Source: Eledone cirrhosa
Taxonomy: Eukaryota
Length of the DNA stretch: 64,000 bases
Direction of reading: 5' to 3'
NCBI GenBank assembly: GCA_964016885.1
Contig: OZ024758.1
Location: 39,990,001 to 40,054,000 of the forward strand
The position numbers were made by a program, and so were the translations under genes. Below the pieces are notes generated by a model that was not told where the DNA came from, did no database searches, and saw nothing but the letters and a program-made list of their open reading frames with translations. Positions within the stretch are counted from its first letter, which is position 1; each line of letters opens with the position of its first letter. Below are positions 1 through 12,336 of this stretch, piece by piece.

Positions 1-3000
1 TAGCTTAGCTTAGCTTAGCTTAGGATAGCTTAGCTTAGCTTAGCTTAGGATAGCTTAGCTTAGCTTAGGATAGCTTAGCTTAGCTTAGCTTAGGATAGCT
101 TAGCTTAGCTTAGCTTAGGATAGCTTAGCTTAGCTTAGCTTAGGATAGCTTAGCTTAGCTTAGCTTAGGATAGCTTAGCTTAGCTTAGGATAGCTTAGCT
201 TAGCTTAGCTTAGGATTACTTAGCTTAGCTTAGCTTAGCTTAGGATAGCTTAGCTTAGCTTAGCTTAGGATTACTTAGCTTAGCTTAGCTTAGCTTAGGA
301 TAGCTTAGCTTAGGATAGCTTAGCTTAGCTTAGGATAGCTTAGCTTAGCTTAGCTTAGGATAGCTTAGCTTAGCTTAGCTTAGCTTAGCTTAGGATAGCT
401 TAGCTTAGGATAGCTTAGCTTAGCTTAGCTTAGGATAGCTTAGCTTACCTTAGCTTAGCTTAGGACAGCTTAGCTTAGCTTAGCTTAGGATAGCTTAGCT
501 TAGCTTAGCTTAGGATAGCTTAGCTTAGCTTAGCTTAGGATAGCTTAGCTTAGCTTAGCTTAGGATAGCTTAGCTTAGCTTAGCTTAGGATAGCTTAGGA
601 TAGCTTAGCTTAGGATAGCTTAGCTTAGCTTAGCTTAGGATAGCTTAGCTTGGGATAGCTTAGGATAGCTTAGCTTAGGAAAGCTTAGCTTAGGATAGCT
701 TAGCTTAGGATAGCTTAGGATAGCTTAGCTTAGCTTAGCTTAAGATAGCTTAGCTTAGCTTAGGATAGCTTAGCTTAGCTTAGGATAGCTTAGCTTAGGA
801 TAGCTTAGCTTAGGATAGCTTAGGATAGCTTAGCTTAGGATAGCTTAGGATAGCTTAGCTTAGGATAGCTTAGCTTAGCTTAGGATAGCTTAGCTTAGCT
901 TAGCTTAGGATAGCTTAGCTTAGCTTAGGATAGCTTAGCTTAGCTTAGCTTAGGATAGCTTAGCTTAGGATAGCTTAGGATAGCTTAGCTTAGCTTAGCT
1001 TAGGATAGCTTAGCATAGCTTAGGATAGCTTAGCTTAGCTTAGGATAGCTTAGCTTAGCTTAGGATAGCTTAGCTTAGCTTAGCTTAGGATAGCTTAGCT
1101 TAGCTTAGCTTAGGATAGCTTAGCTTAGCTTAGGATAGCTTAGGATAGCTTAGGATAGCTTAGCTTAGCTTAGCTTAGCTTAGGATAGCTTAGCTTAGCT
1201 TAGTTTAGGATAGCTTAGCTTAGCTTAGGATAGCTTAGCTTAGCTTAGCTTAGGATAGCTTAGCTTAGCTTAGCTTAGGATAGCTTAGCTTAGCTTAGCT
1301 TAGGATAGCTTAGCTTAGCTTAGCTTAGGATAGCTTAGCTTAGCTTAGCTTAGGATAGCTTAGCTTAGCTTAGCTTAGGATAGCTTAGCTTAGCTTGGCT
1401 TAGGATAGCTTAGCTTAGCTTAGCTTAGGATAGCTTAGCTTAGCTTAGCTTAGGATAGCTTAGCTTAGCTTAGCTTAGGATAGCTTAGCTTAGCTTAGGA
1501 TAGCTTAGCTTAATTTAGGATAGCTTAGCTTAGCGTGGCTTAGGATAGCTTAGCTTAGCTTAGCTTAGGATAGCTTAGCTTAGGATAGCTTAGGATAGCT
1601 TAGCTTAGCATAGCTTAGGATAGCTTAGCTTAGGATAGCTTAGGATAGCTTAGCTTAGGATAGCTTAGGATAGCTTAGCTTAGGATAGCTTAGGATAGCT
1701 TAGCTTAGGATAGCTTAGCTTAGGAAAGCTTAGCTTAGCTTAGCTTAGCTTAGGATAGCTTAGGATAGCTTAGCTTAGGATAGCTTAGGATAGCTTAGTT
1801 TAGGATAGCTTAGCTTAGGATAGCTTAGCTTAGGATAGCTTAGGATAGCTTAGCTTAGGATAGCTTAGCTTAGGATAGCTTAGGATAGCTTAGCTTAGCT
1901 TAGCTTAGGATAGCTTAGCTTAGCTTAGCTTAGCTTAGGATAGCTTAGCTTAGCTTAGCTTAGGATAGCTTAGGATAGCTTAGCTTAGGATAGCTTAGGA
2001 TAGCTTAGCTTAGGATAGCTTAGGATAGCTTAGCTTAGGATAGCTTAGGATAGCTTAGCTTAGGATAGCTTAGCTTAGGATAGCTTAGCTTAGCTTAGCT
2101 TAGGATAGCTTAGCTTAGCTTAGCTTAGGATAGCTTAGCTTAGCTTAGCTTAGGATAGCTTAGCTTAGCTTAGCTTAGGATAGCTTAGCTTAGCTTAGGA
2201 TAGCTTAGCTTAGCTTAGCTTAGGATTACTTAGCTTAGCTTAGCTTAGCTTAGGATAGCTTAGCTTAGCTTAGCTTAGGATTACTTAGCTTAGCTTAGCT
2301 TAGCTTAGGATAGCTTAGCTTAGGATAGCTTAGCTTAGCTTAGGATAGCTTAGCTTAGCTTAGGATAGCTTAGCTTAGCTTAGCTTAGCTTAGGATAGCT
2401 TAGCTTAGCTTAGGATAGCTTAGCTTAGCTTAGTTTAGGATAGCTTAGCTTACCTTAGCTTAGCTTAGGACAGCTTAGCTTAGCTTAGCTTAGGATAGCT
2501 AAGCTTAGCTTAGCTTAGGATAGCTTAGCTTAGCTTAGCTTAGGATAGCTTAGCTTAGCTTAGCTTAGGATAGCTTAGCTTAGCTTAGCTTAGGATAGCT
2601 TAGGATAGCTTAGCTTAGGATAGCTTAGGATAGCTTAGCTTAGGATAGCTTAGCTTAGCTTAGCTTAGGATAGCTTAGCTTGGGATAGCTTAGGATAGCT
2701 TAGCTTAGGAAAGCTTAGATTAGGATAGCTTAGCTTAGGATAGCTTAGCTTAGCTTAGCTTAAGATAGCTTAGCTTAGCTTAGGATAGCTTAGCTTAGCT
2801 TAGGATAGCTTAGCTTAGGATAGCTTAGCTTAGGATAGCTTAGGATAGCTTAGCTTAGGATAGCTTAGGATAGCTTAGCTTAGGATAGCTTAGCTTAGCT
2901 TAGCTTAGGATAGCTTAGCTTAGCTTAGGATAGCTTAGCTTAGCTTAGCTTAGGATAGCTTAGCTTAGGATAGCTTAGGATAGCTTAGCTTAGCTTAGCT

Positions 3001-6000
3001 TAGGATAGCTTAGCTTAGCTTAGGATAGCTTAGCTTAGCTTAGGATAGCTTAGCTTAGCTTAGCTTAGGATAGCTTAGCTTAGCTTAGCTTAGGATAGCT
3101 TAGCTTAGCTTAGCTTAGGATAGCTTAGGATAGCTTAGGATAGCTTAGCTTAGCTTAGCTTAGGATAGCTTAGCTTAGCTTAGCTTAGGATAGCTTAGCT
3201 TAGCTTAGCTTAGGATAGCTTAGCTTAGCTTAGCTTAGGATAGCTTAGCTTAGGATAGCTTAGCATAGCTTAGCTTAGGATAGCTTAGCTTAGCTTAGTT
3301 TAGGATAGCTTAGCTTAGCTTAGGATAGCTTAGCTTAGCTTAGCTTAGGATAGCTTAGCTTAGCTTAGCTTAGGATAGCTTAGCTTAGCTTAGCTTAGGA
3401 TAGCTTAGCTTAGCTTAGCTTAGGATAGCTTAGCTTAGCTTAGCTTAGGATAGCTTAGCTTAGCTTAGGATAGCTTAGCTTAGCTTAGTTTAGGATAGCT
3501 TAGCTTAGCTTGGCTTAGGATAGCTTAGCTTAGCTTAGCTTAGGATAGCTTAGCTTAGCTTAGCTTAGGATAGCTTAGCTTAGCTTAGGATAGCTTAGCT
3601 TAATTTAGGATAGCTTAGCGTGGCTTAGGATAGCTTAGCTTAGCTTAGCTTAGGATAGCTTAGCTTAGGATAGCTTAGGATAGCTTAGCTTAGCATAGCT
3701 TAGGATAGCTTAGCTTAGGATAGCTTAGGATAGCTTAGCTTAGGATAGCTTAGGATAGCTTAGCTTAGGATAGCTTAGGATAGCTTAGCTTAGGATAGCT
3801 TAGCTTAGGAAAGCTTAGCTTAGCTTAGCTTAGGATAGCTTAGCTTAGCTTAGCTTAGGATAGCTTAGGATAGCTTAGCTTAGGATAGCTTAGGATAGCT
3901 TAGCTTAGGATAGCTTAGCTTAGGATAGCTTAGGATAGCTTAGCTTAGCTTAGGATAGCTTAGCTTAGCTTAGCTTAGGATAGCTTAGCTTAGCTTAGCT
4001 TAGCTTAGGATAGCTTAGCTTAGCTTAGCTTAGGATAGCTTAGGATAGCTTAGCTTAGGATAGCTTAGGATAGCTTAGCTTAGGATAGCTTAGGATAGCT
4101 TAGCTTAGGATAGCTTAGCTTAGGATAGCTTAGCTTAGCTTAGCTTAGGATAGCTTAGCTTAGCTTAGCTTAGGATAGCTTAGCTTAGCTTAGCTTAGGA
4201 TAGCTTAGCTTAGCTTAGCTTAGGATAGCTTAGCTTAGCTTAGGATAGCTTAGCTTAGCTTAGCTTAGGATTACTTAGCTTAGCTTAGCTTAGCTTAGGA
4301 TAGCTTAGCTTAGCTTAGGATAGCTTAGCTTAGCTTAGCTTAGCTTAGCTTAGGATAGCTTAGCTTAGCTTAGGATAGCTTAGCTTAGCTTAGGATAGCT
4401 TAGCTTACCTTAGCTTAGCTTAGGACAGCTTAGCTTAGCTTAGCTTAGGATAGCTTAGCTTAGCTTAGCTTAGGATAGCTTAGCTTAGCTTAGCTTAGGA
4501 TAGCTTAGCTTAGCTTAGCTTAGGATAGCTTAGGATAGCTTAGCTTAGGATAGCTTAGCTTAGGATAGCTTAGCTTAGGATAGCTTAGCTTAGCTTAGCT
4601 TAGGATAGCTTAGCTTGGGATAGCTTAGGATAGCTTAGCTTAGGAAAGCTTAGCTTAGGATAGCTTAGCTTAGGATAGCTTAGGATAGCTTAGCTTAGCT
4701 TAGCTTATGATAGCTTAGCTTAGCTTAGGATAGCTTAGCTTAGCTTAGGATAGCTTAGCTTAGGATAGCTTAGCTTAGGATAGCTTAGGATAGCTTAGCT
4801 TAGGATAGCTTAGGATAGCTTAGCTTAGGATAGCTTAGCTTAGCTTAGCTTAGGATAGCTTAGCTTAGCTTAGGATAGCTTAGCTTAGCTTAGCTTAGGA
4901 TAGCTTAGCTTAGGATAGCTTAGGATAGCTTAGCTTAGCTTAGCTTAGGATAGCTTAGCATAGCTTAGGATAGCTTAGCTTAGCTTAGGATAGCTTAGCT
5001 TAGCTTAGGATAGCTTAGCTTAGCTTAGCTTAGGATAGCTTAGCTTAGCTTAGCTTAGGATAGCTTAGCTTAGCTTAGCTTAGGATAGCTTAGGATAGCT
5101 TAGGATAGCTTAGCTTAGCTTAGCTTAGGATAGCTTAGCTTAGCTTAGCTTAGGATAGCTTAGCTTAGCTTAGCTTAGGATAGCTTAGCTTAGCTTAGCT
5201 TAGGATAGCTTAGCTTAGGATAGCTTAGCTTAGCTTAGTTTAGGATAGCTTAGCTTAGCTTAGGATAGCTTAGCTTAGCTTAGCTTAGGATAGCTTAGCT
5301 TAGCTTAGCTTAGGATAGCTTAGCTTAGCTTAGCTTAGGATAGCTTAGCTTAGCTTAGCTTAGGATAGCTTAGCTTAGCTTAGCTTAGGATAGCTTAGCT
5401 TAGCTTAGCTTAGGATAGTTTAGCTTAGCTTGGCTTAGGATAGCTTAGCTTAGCTTAGCTTAGGATAGCTTAGCTTAGCTTAGCTTAGGATAGCTTAGCT
5501 TAGCTTAGGATAGCTTAGCTTAATTTAGGATAGCTTAGCTTAGCGTGGCTTAGGATAGCTTAGCTTAGCTTAGCTTAGGATAGCTTAGGATAGCTTAGCT
5601 TAGCATAGCTTAGGATAGCTTAGCTTAGGATAGCTTAGGATAGCTTAGCTTAGGATAGCTTAGGATAGCTTAGCTTAGGATAGCTTAGGAAAGCTTAGCT
5701 TAGCTTAGCTTAGGATAGCTTAGCTTAGCTTAGCTTAGGATAGCTTAGGATAGCTTAGCTTAGGATAGCTTAGGATAGCTTAGCTTAGGATAGCTTAGTT
5801 TAGGATAGCTTAGCTTAGGATAGCTTAGCTTAGGATAGCTTAGGATAGCTTAGCTTAGGATAGCTTAGCTTAGGATAGCTTAGCTTAGCTTAGGATAGCT
5901 TAGCTTAGCTTAGCTTAGGATAGCTTAGCTTAGCTTAGCTTAGCTTAGGATAGCTTAGCTTAGCTTAGCTTAGGATAGCTTAGGATAGCTTAGCTTAGGA

Positions 6001-9000
6001 TAGCTTAGGATAGCTTAGCTTAGGATAGCTTAGGATAGCTTAGCTTAGGATAGCTTAGGATAGCTTAGCTTAGGATAGCTTAGCTTAGGATAGCTTAGCT
6101 TAGCTTAGCTTAGGAGAGCTTAGCTTAGGATAGCTTAGGATAGCTTAGCTTAGGATAGCTTAGCTTAGGATAGCTTAGGATAGCTTAGCTTAGCTTAGCT
6201 TAGGATAGCTTAGCTTAGCTTAGCTTAGGATAGCTTAGCTTAGCTTAGGATAGCTTAGCTTAGCTTACCTTAGGATAGCTTAGCTTAGCTTAGCTTAGGA
6301 TAGCTTAGCTTAGCTTAGCTTAGGATAGCTTAGCTTAGCTTAGGATAGCTTAGCTTAGCTTAGCTTAGGATAGCTTAGCTTAGCTTAGCTTAGGATTACT
6401 TAGCTTAGCTTAGCTTAGGATAGCTTAGCTTAGGATAGCTTAGTTTAGCTTAGCTTAGGATAGCTTAGCTTAGCTTAGCTTAGCTTAGGATAGCTTAGCT
6501 TAGCTTAGGATAGCTTAGCTTAGCTTAGCTTAGGATAGCTTAGCTTAGCTTAGCTTAGCTTAGGATAGCTTAGCTTAGCTTAGCTTAGGATAGCTTAGCT
6601 TAGCTTAGGATAGCTTAGCTTAGCTTAGGATAGCTTAGGATAGCTTAGCTTAGGATAGCTTAGGATAGCTTAGCTTAGGATAGCTTAGCTTAGGATAGCT
6701 TAGCTTAGCTTAGCTTAGGATAGCTTAGCTTGGGATAGCTTAGGATAGCTTAGCTTAGGAAAGCTTAGCTTAGGATAGCTTAGCTTAGGATAGCTTAGGA
6801 TAGCTTAGCTTAGCTTAGCTTAGGATAGCTTAGCTTAGCTTAGCTTAGGATAGCTTAGCTTAGCTTAGGATAGCTTAGCTTAGCTTAGCTTAGGATAGCT
6901 TAGCTTAGCTTAGCTTAGGATAGCTTAGCTTAGCTTAGCTTAGGATAGCTTAGCTTAGCTTAGCTTAGGATAGCTTAGCTTAGCTTAGGATAGCTTAGCT
7001 TAGCTTAGGATAGCTTAGCTTAGGATAGCTTAGCTTAGGATAGCTTAGCTTAGGATAGCTTAGGATAGCTTAGCTTAGGATAGCTTAGGATAGCTTAGCT
7101 TAGGATAGCTTAGCTTATCTTAGCTTAGGATAGCTTAGCTTAGCTCAGGATAGCTTAGCTTAGCTTAGCTTAGGATAGCTTAGCTTAGGATAGCTTAGGA
7201 TAGCTTAGCTTAGCTTAGCTTAGGATAGCTTAGCATAGCTTAGGATAGCTTAGCTTAGCTTAGGATAGCTTAGCTTAGCTTAGGATAGCTTAGCTTAGCT
7301 TAGCTTAGGATAGCTTAGCTTAGCTTAGCTTAGGATAGCTTAGCTTAGCTTAGCTTAGGATAGCTTAGCTTAGCTTAGCTTAGGATAGCTTAGCTTAGCT
7401 TAGCTTAGGATAGCTTAGCTTAGCTTAGTTTAGGATAGCTTAGCTTAGGGTAGCTTAGCTTAGCTTAGGATAGCTTAGCTTAGCTTAGCTTAGGATAGCT
7501 TAGCTTAGCTTAGCTTAGGATAGCTTAGGATAGCTTAGCTTAGGATAGCTTAGCTTAGCTTAGCTTAGGATAGCTTAGCTTAGCTTAGCTTAGGATAGCT
7601 TAGCTTAGCTTAGCTTAGGATAGCTTAGCTTAGCTTGGCTTAGGATAGCTTAGCTTAGCTTAGCTTAGGATAGCTTAGCTTAGCTTAGCTTAGGATAGCT
7701 TAGCTTAGCTTAGCTTAGGATAGCTTAGCTTAGCTTAGCTTAGGTTAGCTTAGCTTAGGATAGCTTAGCTTAGCTTAGCTTAGGATAGCTTAGCTTAGGA
7801 TAGCTTAGGATAGCTTAGCTTAGCATAGCTTAGGATAGCTTAGCTTAGGATAGCTTAGCTTAGGATAGCTTAGGATAGCTTAGCTTAGGATAGCTTAGGA
7901 TAGCTTAGCTTAGGATAGCTTATTGATAGCTTAGCTTAGGATAGCTTAGCTTAGGATAGCTTAGCTTAGCTTAGCTTAGGATAGCTTAGCTTAGCTTAGC
8001 TTAGGATAGCTTAGGATAGCTTAGCTTAGGATAGCTTAGGATAGCTTAGCTTAGGATAGCTTAGCTTAGGATAGCTTAGGATAGCTTAGCTTAGGATAGC
8101 TTAGCTTAGGATAGCTTAGCTTAGGATAGCTTAGGATAGCTTAGCTTAGCTTAGGATAGGTTAGCTTAGCTTAGCTTAGGATAGCTTAGCTTAGCTTAGC
8201 TTAGCTTAGCTTAGGATAGCTTAGCTTAGCTTAGCTTAGGATAGCTTAGCTTAGCTTAGCTTAGGATAGCTTAGGATAGCTTAGCTTAGGATAGCTTAGC
8301 TTAGCTTAGCTTAGGATAGCTTAGGATAGCTTAGCTTAGCTTAGCTTAGGATAGCTTAGCTTAGCTTAGGATAGCTTAGCTTAGCTTAGCTTACCTTAGG
8401 ATAGCTTAGCTTAGCTTAGGATAGCTTAGCTTAGCTTAGCTTAGGATAGCTTAGCTTAGCTTAGCTTAGGATAGCTTAGCTTAGGAGAGCTTAGCTTAGG
8501 ATAGCTTAGGATAGCTTAGCTTAGGATAGCTTAGCTTAGGATAGCTTAGGATAGCTTAGCTTAGCTTAGCTTAGGATAGCTTAGCTTAGCTTAGCTTAGG
8601 ATAGCTTAGCTTAGCTTAGGATAGCTTAGCTTAGCTTACCTTAGGATAGCTTAGCTTAGCTTAGGATAGCTTAGCTTAGCTTAGCTTAGGATAGCTTAGC
8701 TTAGCTTAGGATAGCTTAGCTTAGCTTAGCTTAGGATAGCTTAGCTTAGCTTAGCTTAGGATAGCTTAGCTTAGGATAGCTTAGCTTAGGTTAGCTTAGC
8801 TTAGCTTAGCTTAGGATAGCTTAGGATAGCTTAGCTTAGCTTAGCTTAGGATAGCTTAGCTTATCTTAGCTTAGGATAGCTTAGGATAGCTTAGCTTAGG
8901 ATAGCTTAGCTTAGGATAGCTTAGGATAGCTTAGGATAGCTTAGCTTAGCTTAGGATAGCTTAGCTTAGCTTAGCTTAGGAGGGCTTAGCTTAGCTTAGG

Positions 9001-9463
9001 ATAGCTTAGCTTAGCTTAGCTTAGGATAGCTTAGGATAGCTTAGCTTAGGATAGCTTAGCTTAGCTTAGCTTAGGATAGCTTAGCTTAGGATAGCTTAGC
9101 TTAGCTTAGGATAGCTTAGCTTAGCTTAGCTTAGGATAGCTTAGCTTAGCTTAGCTTAGGATAGCTTAGCTTAGCTTAGCTTAGGATATCTTAGCTTAGC
9201 TTAGCTTAGGATAGCTTAGCTTAGCTTAGCTTAGGATAGCTTAGCTTAGCTTAGCTTAGGATAGCTTAGCTTAGCTTAGCTTAGGATAGCTTAGCTTAGC
9301 TTAGCTTAGCTTAGGATAGCTTAGCTTAGGATAGCTTAGCTTAGCTTAGCTTAGGATAGCTTAGCTTAGCTTAGGATAGCTTAGCTTAGCTTAGCTTAGG
9401 AGAGCTTAGCTTAGCTTAGCTTAGAATAGCTTAGCTTAGCTTAGCTTAGGATAGCTTAGCTTA
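1..9463 (+). repeat. Pentamer satellite array (TAGCT)n with interspersed TAGGA units, left block 1; runs off the window start
   Basis: Continuous TAGCT/TAGGA pentamers with rare point variants; ends at ...ttagctt|aaaaaaagacattacac. Confidence 0.99.
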
Positions 9464-9700
9464 AAAAAAGACATTACACTATACTTACATCAACAGAAAC
9501 AATAATAAATTAAATGAACTCATATACAATAATCCTTCGGTACAAACCGAAGGTGTAAACTTTGTTTCTTCAGAAAACTACCCACATTTAAAATTAATAA
9601 AGATCCCAATGAACCTCTACCAAAAACTAAAAAAGGATTTTAAGGGGGACGTCGGACCACCCTCTGTCAAACCCATAAACCGCGTCCTACTAAAAAGCTT
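9463..9700 (+). mobile_element. 238-bp fragment of Tx1-like LINE ORF1 embedded in satellite (duplicate of 12337-12574)
   Basis: Matches 12337-12574 and is homologous to about 19409-19646 of the full-length copy (KKTLHYTYINRNNNKLNEL...). Confidence 0.97.
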
Positions 9701-12336
9701 AGGATAGCTTAGCTTAGCTTAGCTTAGGATAGCTTAGCTTAGCTTAGGATAGCTTAGCTTAGCTTAGCTTAGGATAGCTTAGCTTAGCTTAGCTTAGGAT
9801 AGCTTAGCTTAGCTTAGCTTAGGATAGCTTAGCTTAGCTTAGGATAGCTTAGCTTAGCTTAGGATAGCTTAGCTTAGGATAGCTTAGCTTAGGATAGCTT
9901 AGCTTAGGATAGCTTAGGATAGCTTAGCTTAGGATAGCTTAGGATAGCTTAGCTTAGGATAGCTTAGCTTATCTTAGCTTAGGATAGCTTAGCTTAGCTC
10001 AGGATAGCTTAGCTTAGCTTAGCTTAGGATAGCTTAGCTTAGGATAGCTTAGGATAGCTTAGCTTAGCTTAGCTTAGGATAGCTTAGCATAGCTTAGGAT
10101 AGCTTAGCTTAGCTTAGGATAGCTTAGCTTAGCTTAGGATAGCTTAGCTTAGCTTAGCTTAGGATAGCTTAGCTTAGCTTAGCTTAGGATAGCTTAGCTT
10201 AGCTTAGCTTAGGATAGCTTAGCTTAGCTTAGCTTAGGATAGCTTAGCTTAGCTTAGCTTAGGATAGCTTAGCTTAGCTTAGTTTAGGATAGCTTAGCTT
10301 AGGGTAGCTTAGCTTAGCTTAGGATAGCTTAGCTTAGCTTAGCTTAGGATAGCTTAGCTTAGCTTAGCTTAGGATAGCTTAGGATAGCTTAGCTTAGGAT
10401 AGCTTAGCTTAGCTTAGCTTAGGATAGCTTAGCTTAGCTTAGCTTAGGATAGCTTAGCTTAGCTTAGCTTAGGATAGCTTAGCTTAGCTTGGCTTAGGAT
10501 AGCTTAGCTTAGCTTAGCTTAGGATAGCTTAGCTTAGCTTAGCTTAGGATAGCTTAGCTTAGCTTAGCTTAGGATAGCTTAGCTTAGCTTAGCTTAGGTT
10601 AGCTTAGCTTAGGATAGCTTAGCTTAGCTTAGCTTAGGATAGCTTAGCTTAGGATAGCTTAGGATAGCTTAGCTTAGCATAGCTTAGGATAGCTTAGCTT
10701 AGGATAGCTTAGCTTAGGATAGCTTAGGATAGCTTAGCTTAGGATAGCTTAGGATAGCTTAGCTTAGGATAGCTTATTGATAGCTTAGCTTAGGATAGCT
10801 TAGCTTAGGATAGCTTAGCTTAGCTTAGCTTAGGATAGCTTAGCTTAGCTTAGCTTAGGATAGCTTAGGATAGCTTAGCTTAGGATAGCTTAGGATAGCT
10901 TAGCTTAGGATAGCTTAGCTTAGGATAGCTTAGGATAGCTTAGCTTAGGATAGCTTAGCTTAGGATAGCTTAGCTTAGGATAGCTTAGGATAGCTTAGCT
11001 TAGCTTAGGATAGGTTAGCTTAGCTTAGCTTAGGATAGCTTAGCTTAGCTTAGCTTAGCTTAGCTTAGGATAGCTTAGCTTAGCTTAGCTTAGGATAGCT
11101 TAGCTTAGCTTAGCTTAGGATAGCTTAGGATAGCTTAGCTTAGGATAGCTTAGCTTAGCTTAGCTTAGGATAGCTTAGGATAGCTTAGCTTAGCTTAGCT
11201 TAGGATAGCTTAGCTTAGCTTAGGATAGCTTAGCTTAGCTTAGCTTACCTTAGGATAGCTTAGCTTAGCTTAGGATAGCTTAGCTTAGCTTAGCTTAGGA
11301 TAGCTTAGCTTAGCTTAGCTTAGGATAGCTTAGCTTAGGAGAGCTTAGCTTAGGATAGCTTAGGATAGCTTAGCTTAGGATAGCTTAGCTTAGGATAGCT
11401 TAGGATAGCTTAGCTTAGCTTAGCTTAGGATAGCTTAGCTTAGCTTAGCTTAGGATAGCTTAGCTTAGCTTAGGATAGCTTAGCTTAGCTTACCTTAGGA
11501 TAGCTTAGCTTAGCTTAGGATAGCTTAGCTTAGCTTAGCTTAGGATAGCTTAGCTTAGCTTAGGATAGCTTAGCTTAGCTTAGCTTAGGATAGCTTAGCT
11601 TAGCTTAGCTTAGGATAGCTTAGCTTAGGATAGCTTAGCTTAGGTTAGCTTAGCTTAGCTTAGCTTAGGATAGCTTAGGATAGCTTAGCTTAGGATAGCT
11701 TAGCTTAGCTTAGCTTAGGATAGCTTAGCTTATCTTAGCTTAGGATAGCTTAGGATAGCTTAGCTTAGGATAGCTTAGCTTAGGATAGCTTAGGATAGCT
11801 TAGGATAGCTTAGCTTAGCTTAGGATAGCTTAGCTTAGCTTAGCTTAGGAGGGCTTAGCTTAGCTTAGGATAGCTTAGCTTAGCTTAGCTTAGGATAGCT
11901 TAGGATAGCTTAGCTTAGGATAGCTTAGCTTAGCTTAGCTTAGGATAGCTTAGCTTAGGATAGCTTAGCTTAGCTTAGGATAGCTTAGCTTAGCTTAGCT
12001 TAGGATAGCTTAGCTTAGCTTAGCTTAGGATAGCTTAGCTTAGCTTAGCTTAGGATATCTTAGCTTAGCTTAGCTTAGGATAGCTTAGCTTAGCTTAGCT
12101 TAGGATAGCTTAGCTTAGCTTAGCTTAGGATAGCTTAGCTTAGCTTAGCTTAGGATAGCTTAGCTTAGCTTAGCTTAGCTTAGGATAGCTTAGCTTAGGA
12201 TAGCTTAGCTTAGCTTAGCTTAGGATAGCTTAGCTTAGCTTAGGATAGCTTAGCTTAGCTTAGCTTAGGAGAGCTTAGCTTAGCTTAGCTTAGAATAGCT
12301 TAGCTTAGCTTAGCTTAGCTTAGGATAGCTTAGCTT
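9701..12336 (+). repeat. Pentamer satellite, left block 2 (tandem copy of about 6822-9463)
   Basis: Same ordered private variants as 6822-9463: TTATCT 7117/9971, TATTGA 7922/10776, GGAGGGC, GGATATC, TAGAATAG. Confidence 0.97.

Noticed and set aside
1-12336. Left array as a true chromosome-terminal telomere
   Set aside because: Its TTAGG-bearing strand points towards the island rather than towards an end, and kb-scale duplicated variants indicate recombinational amplification
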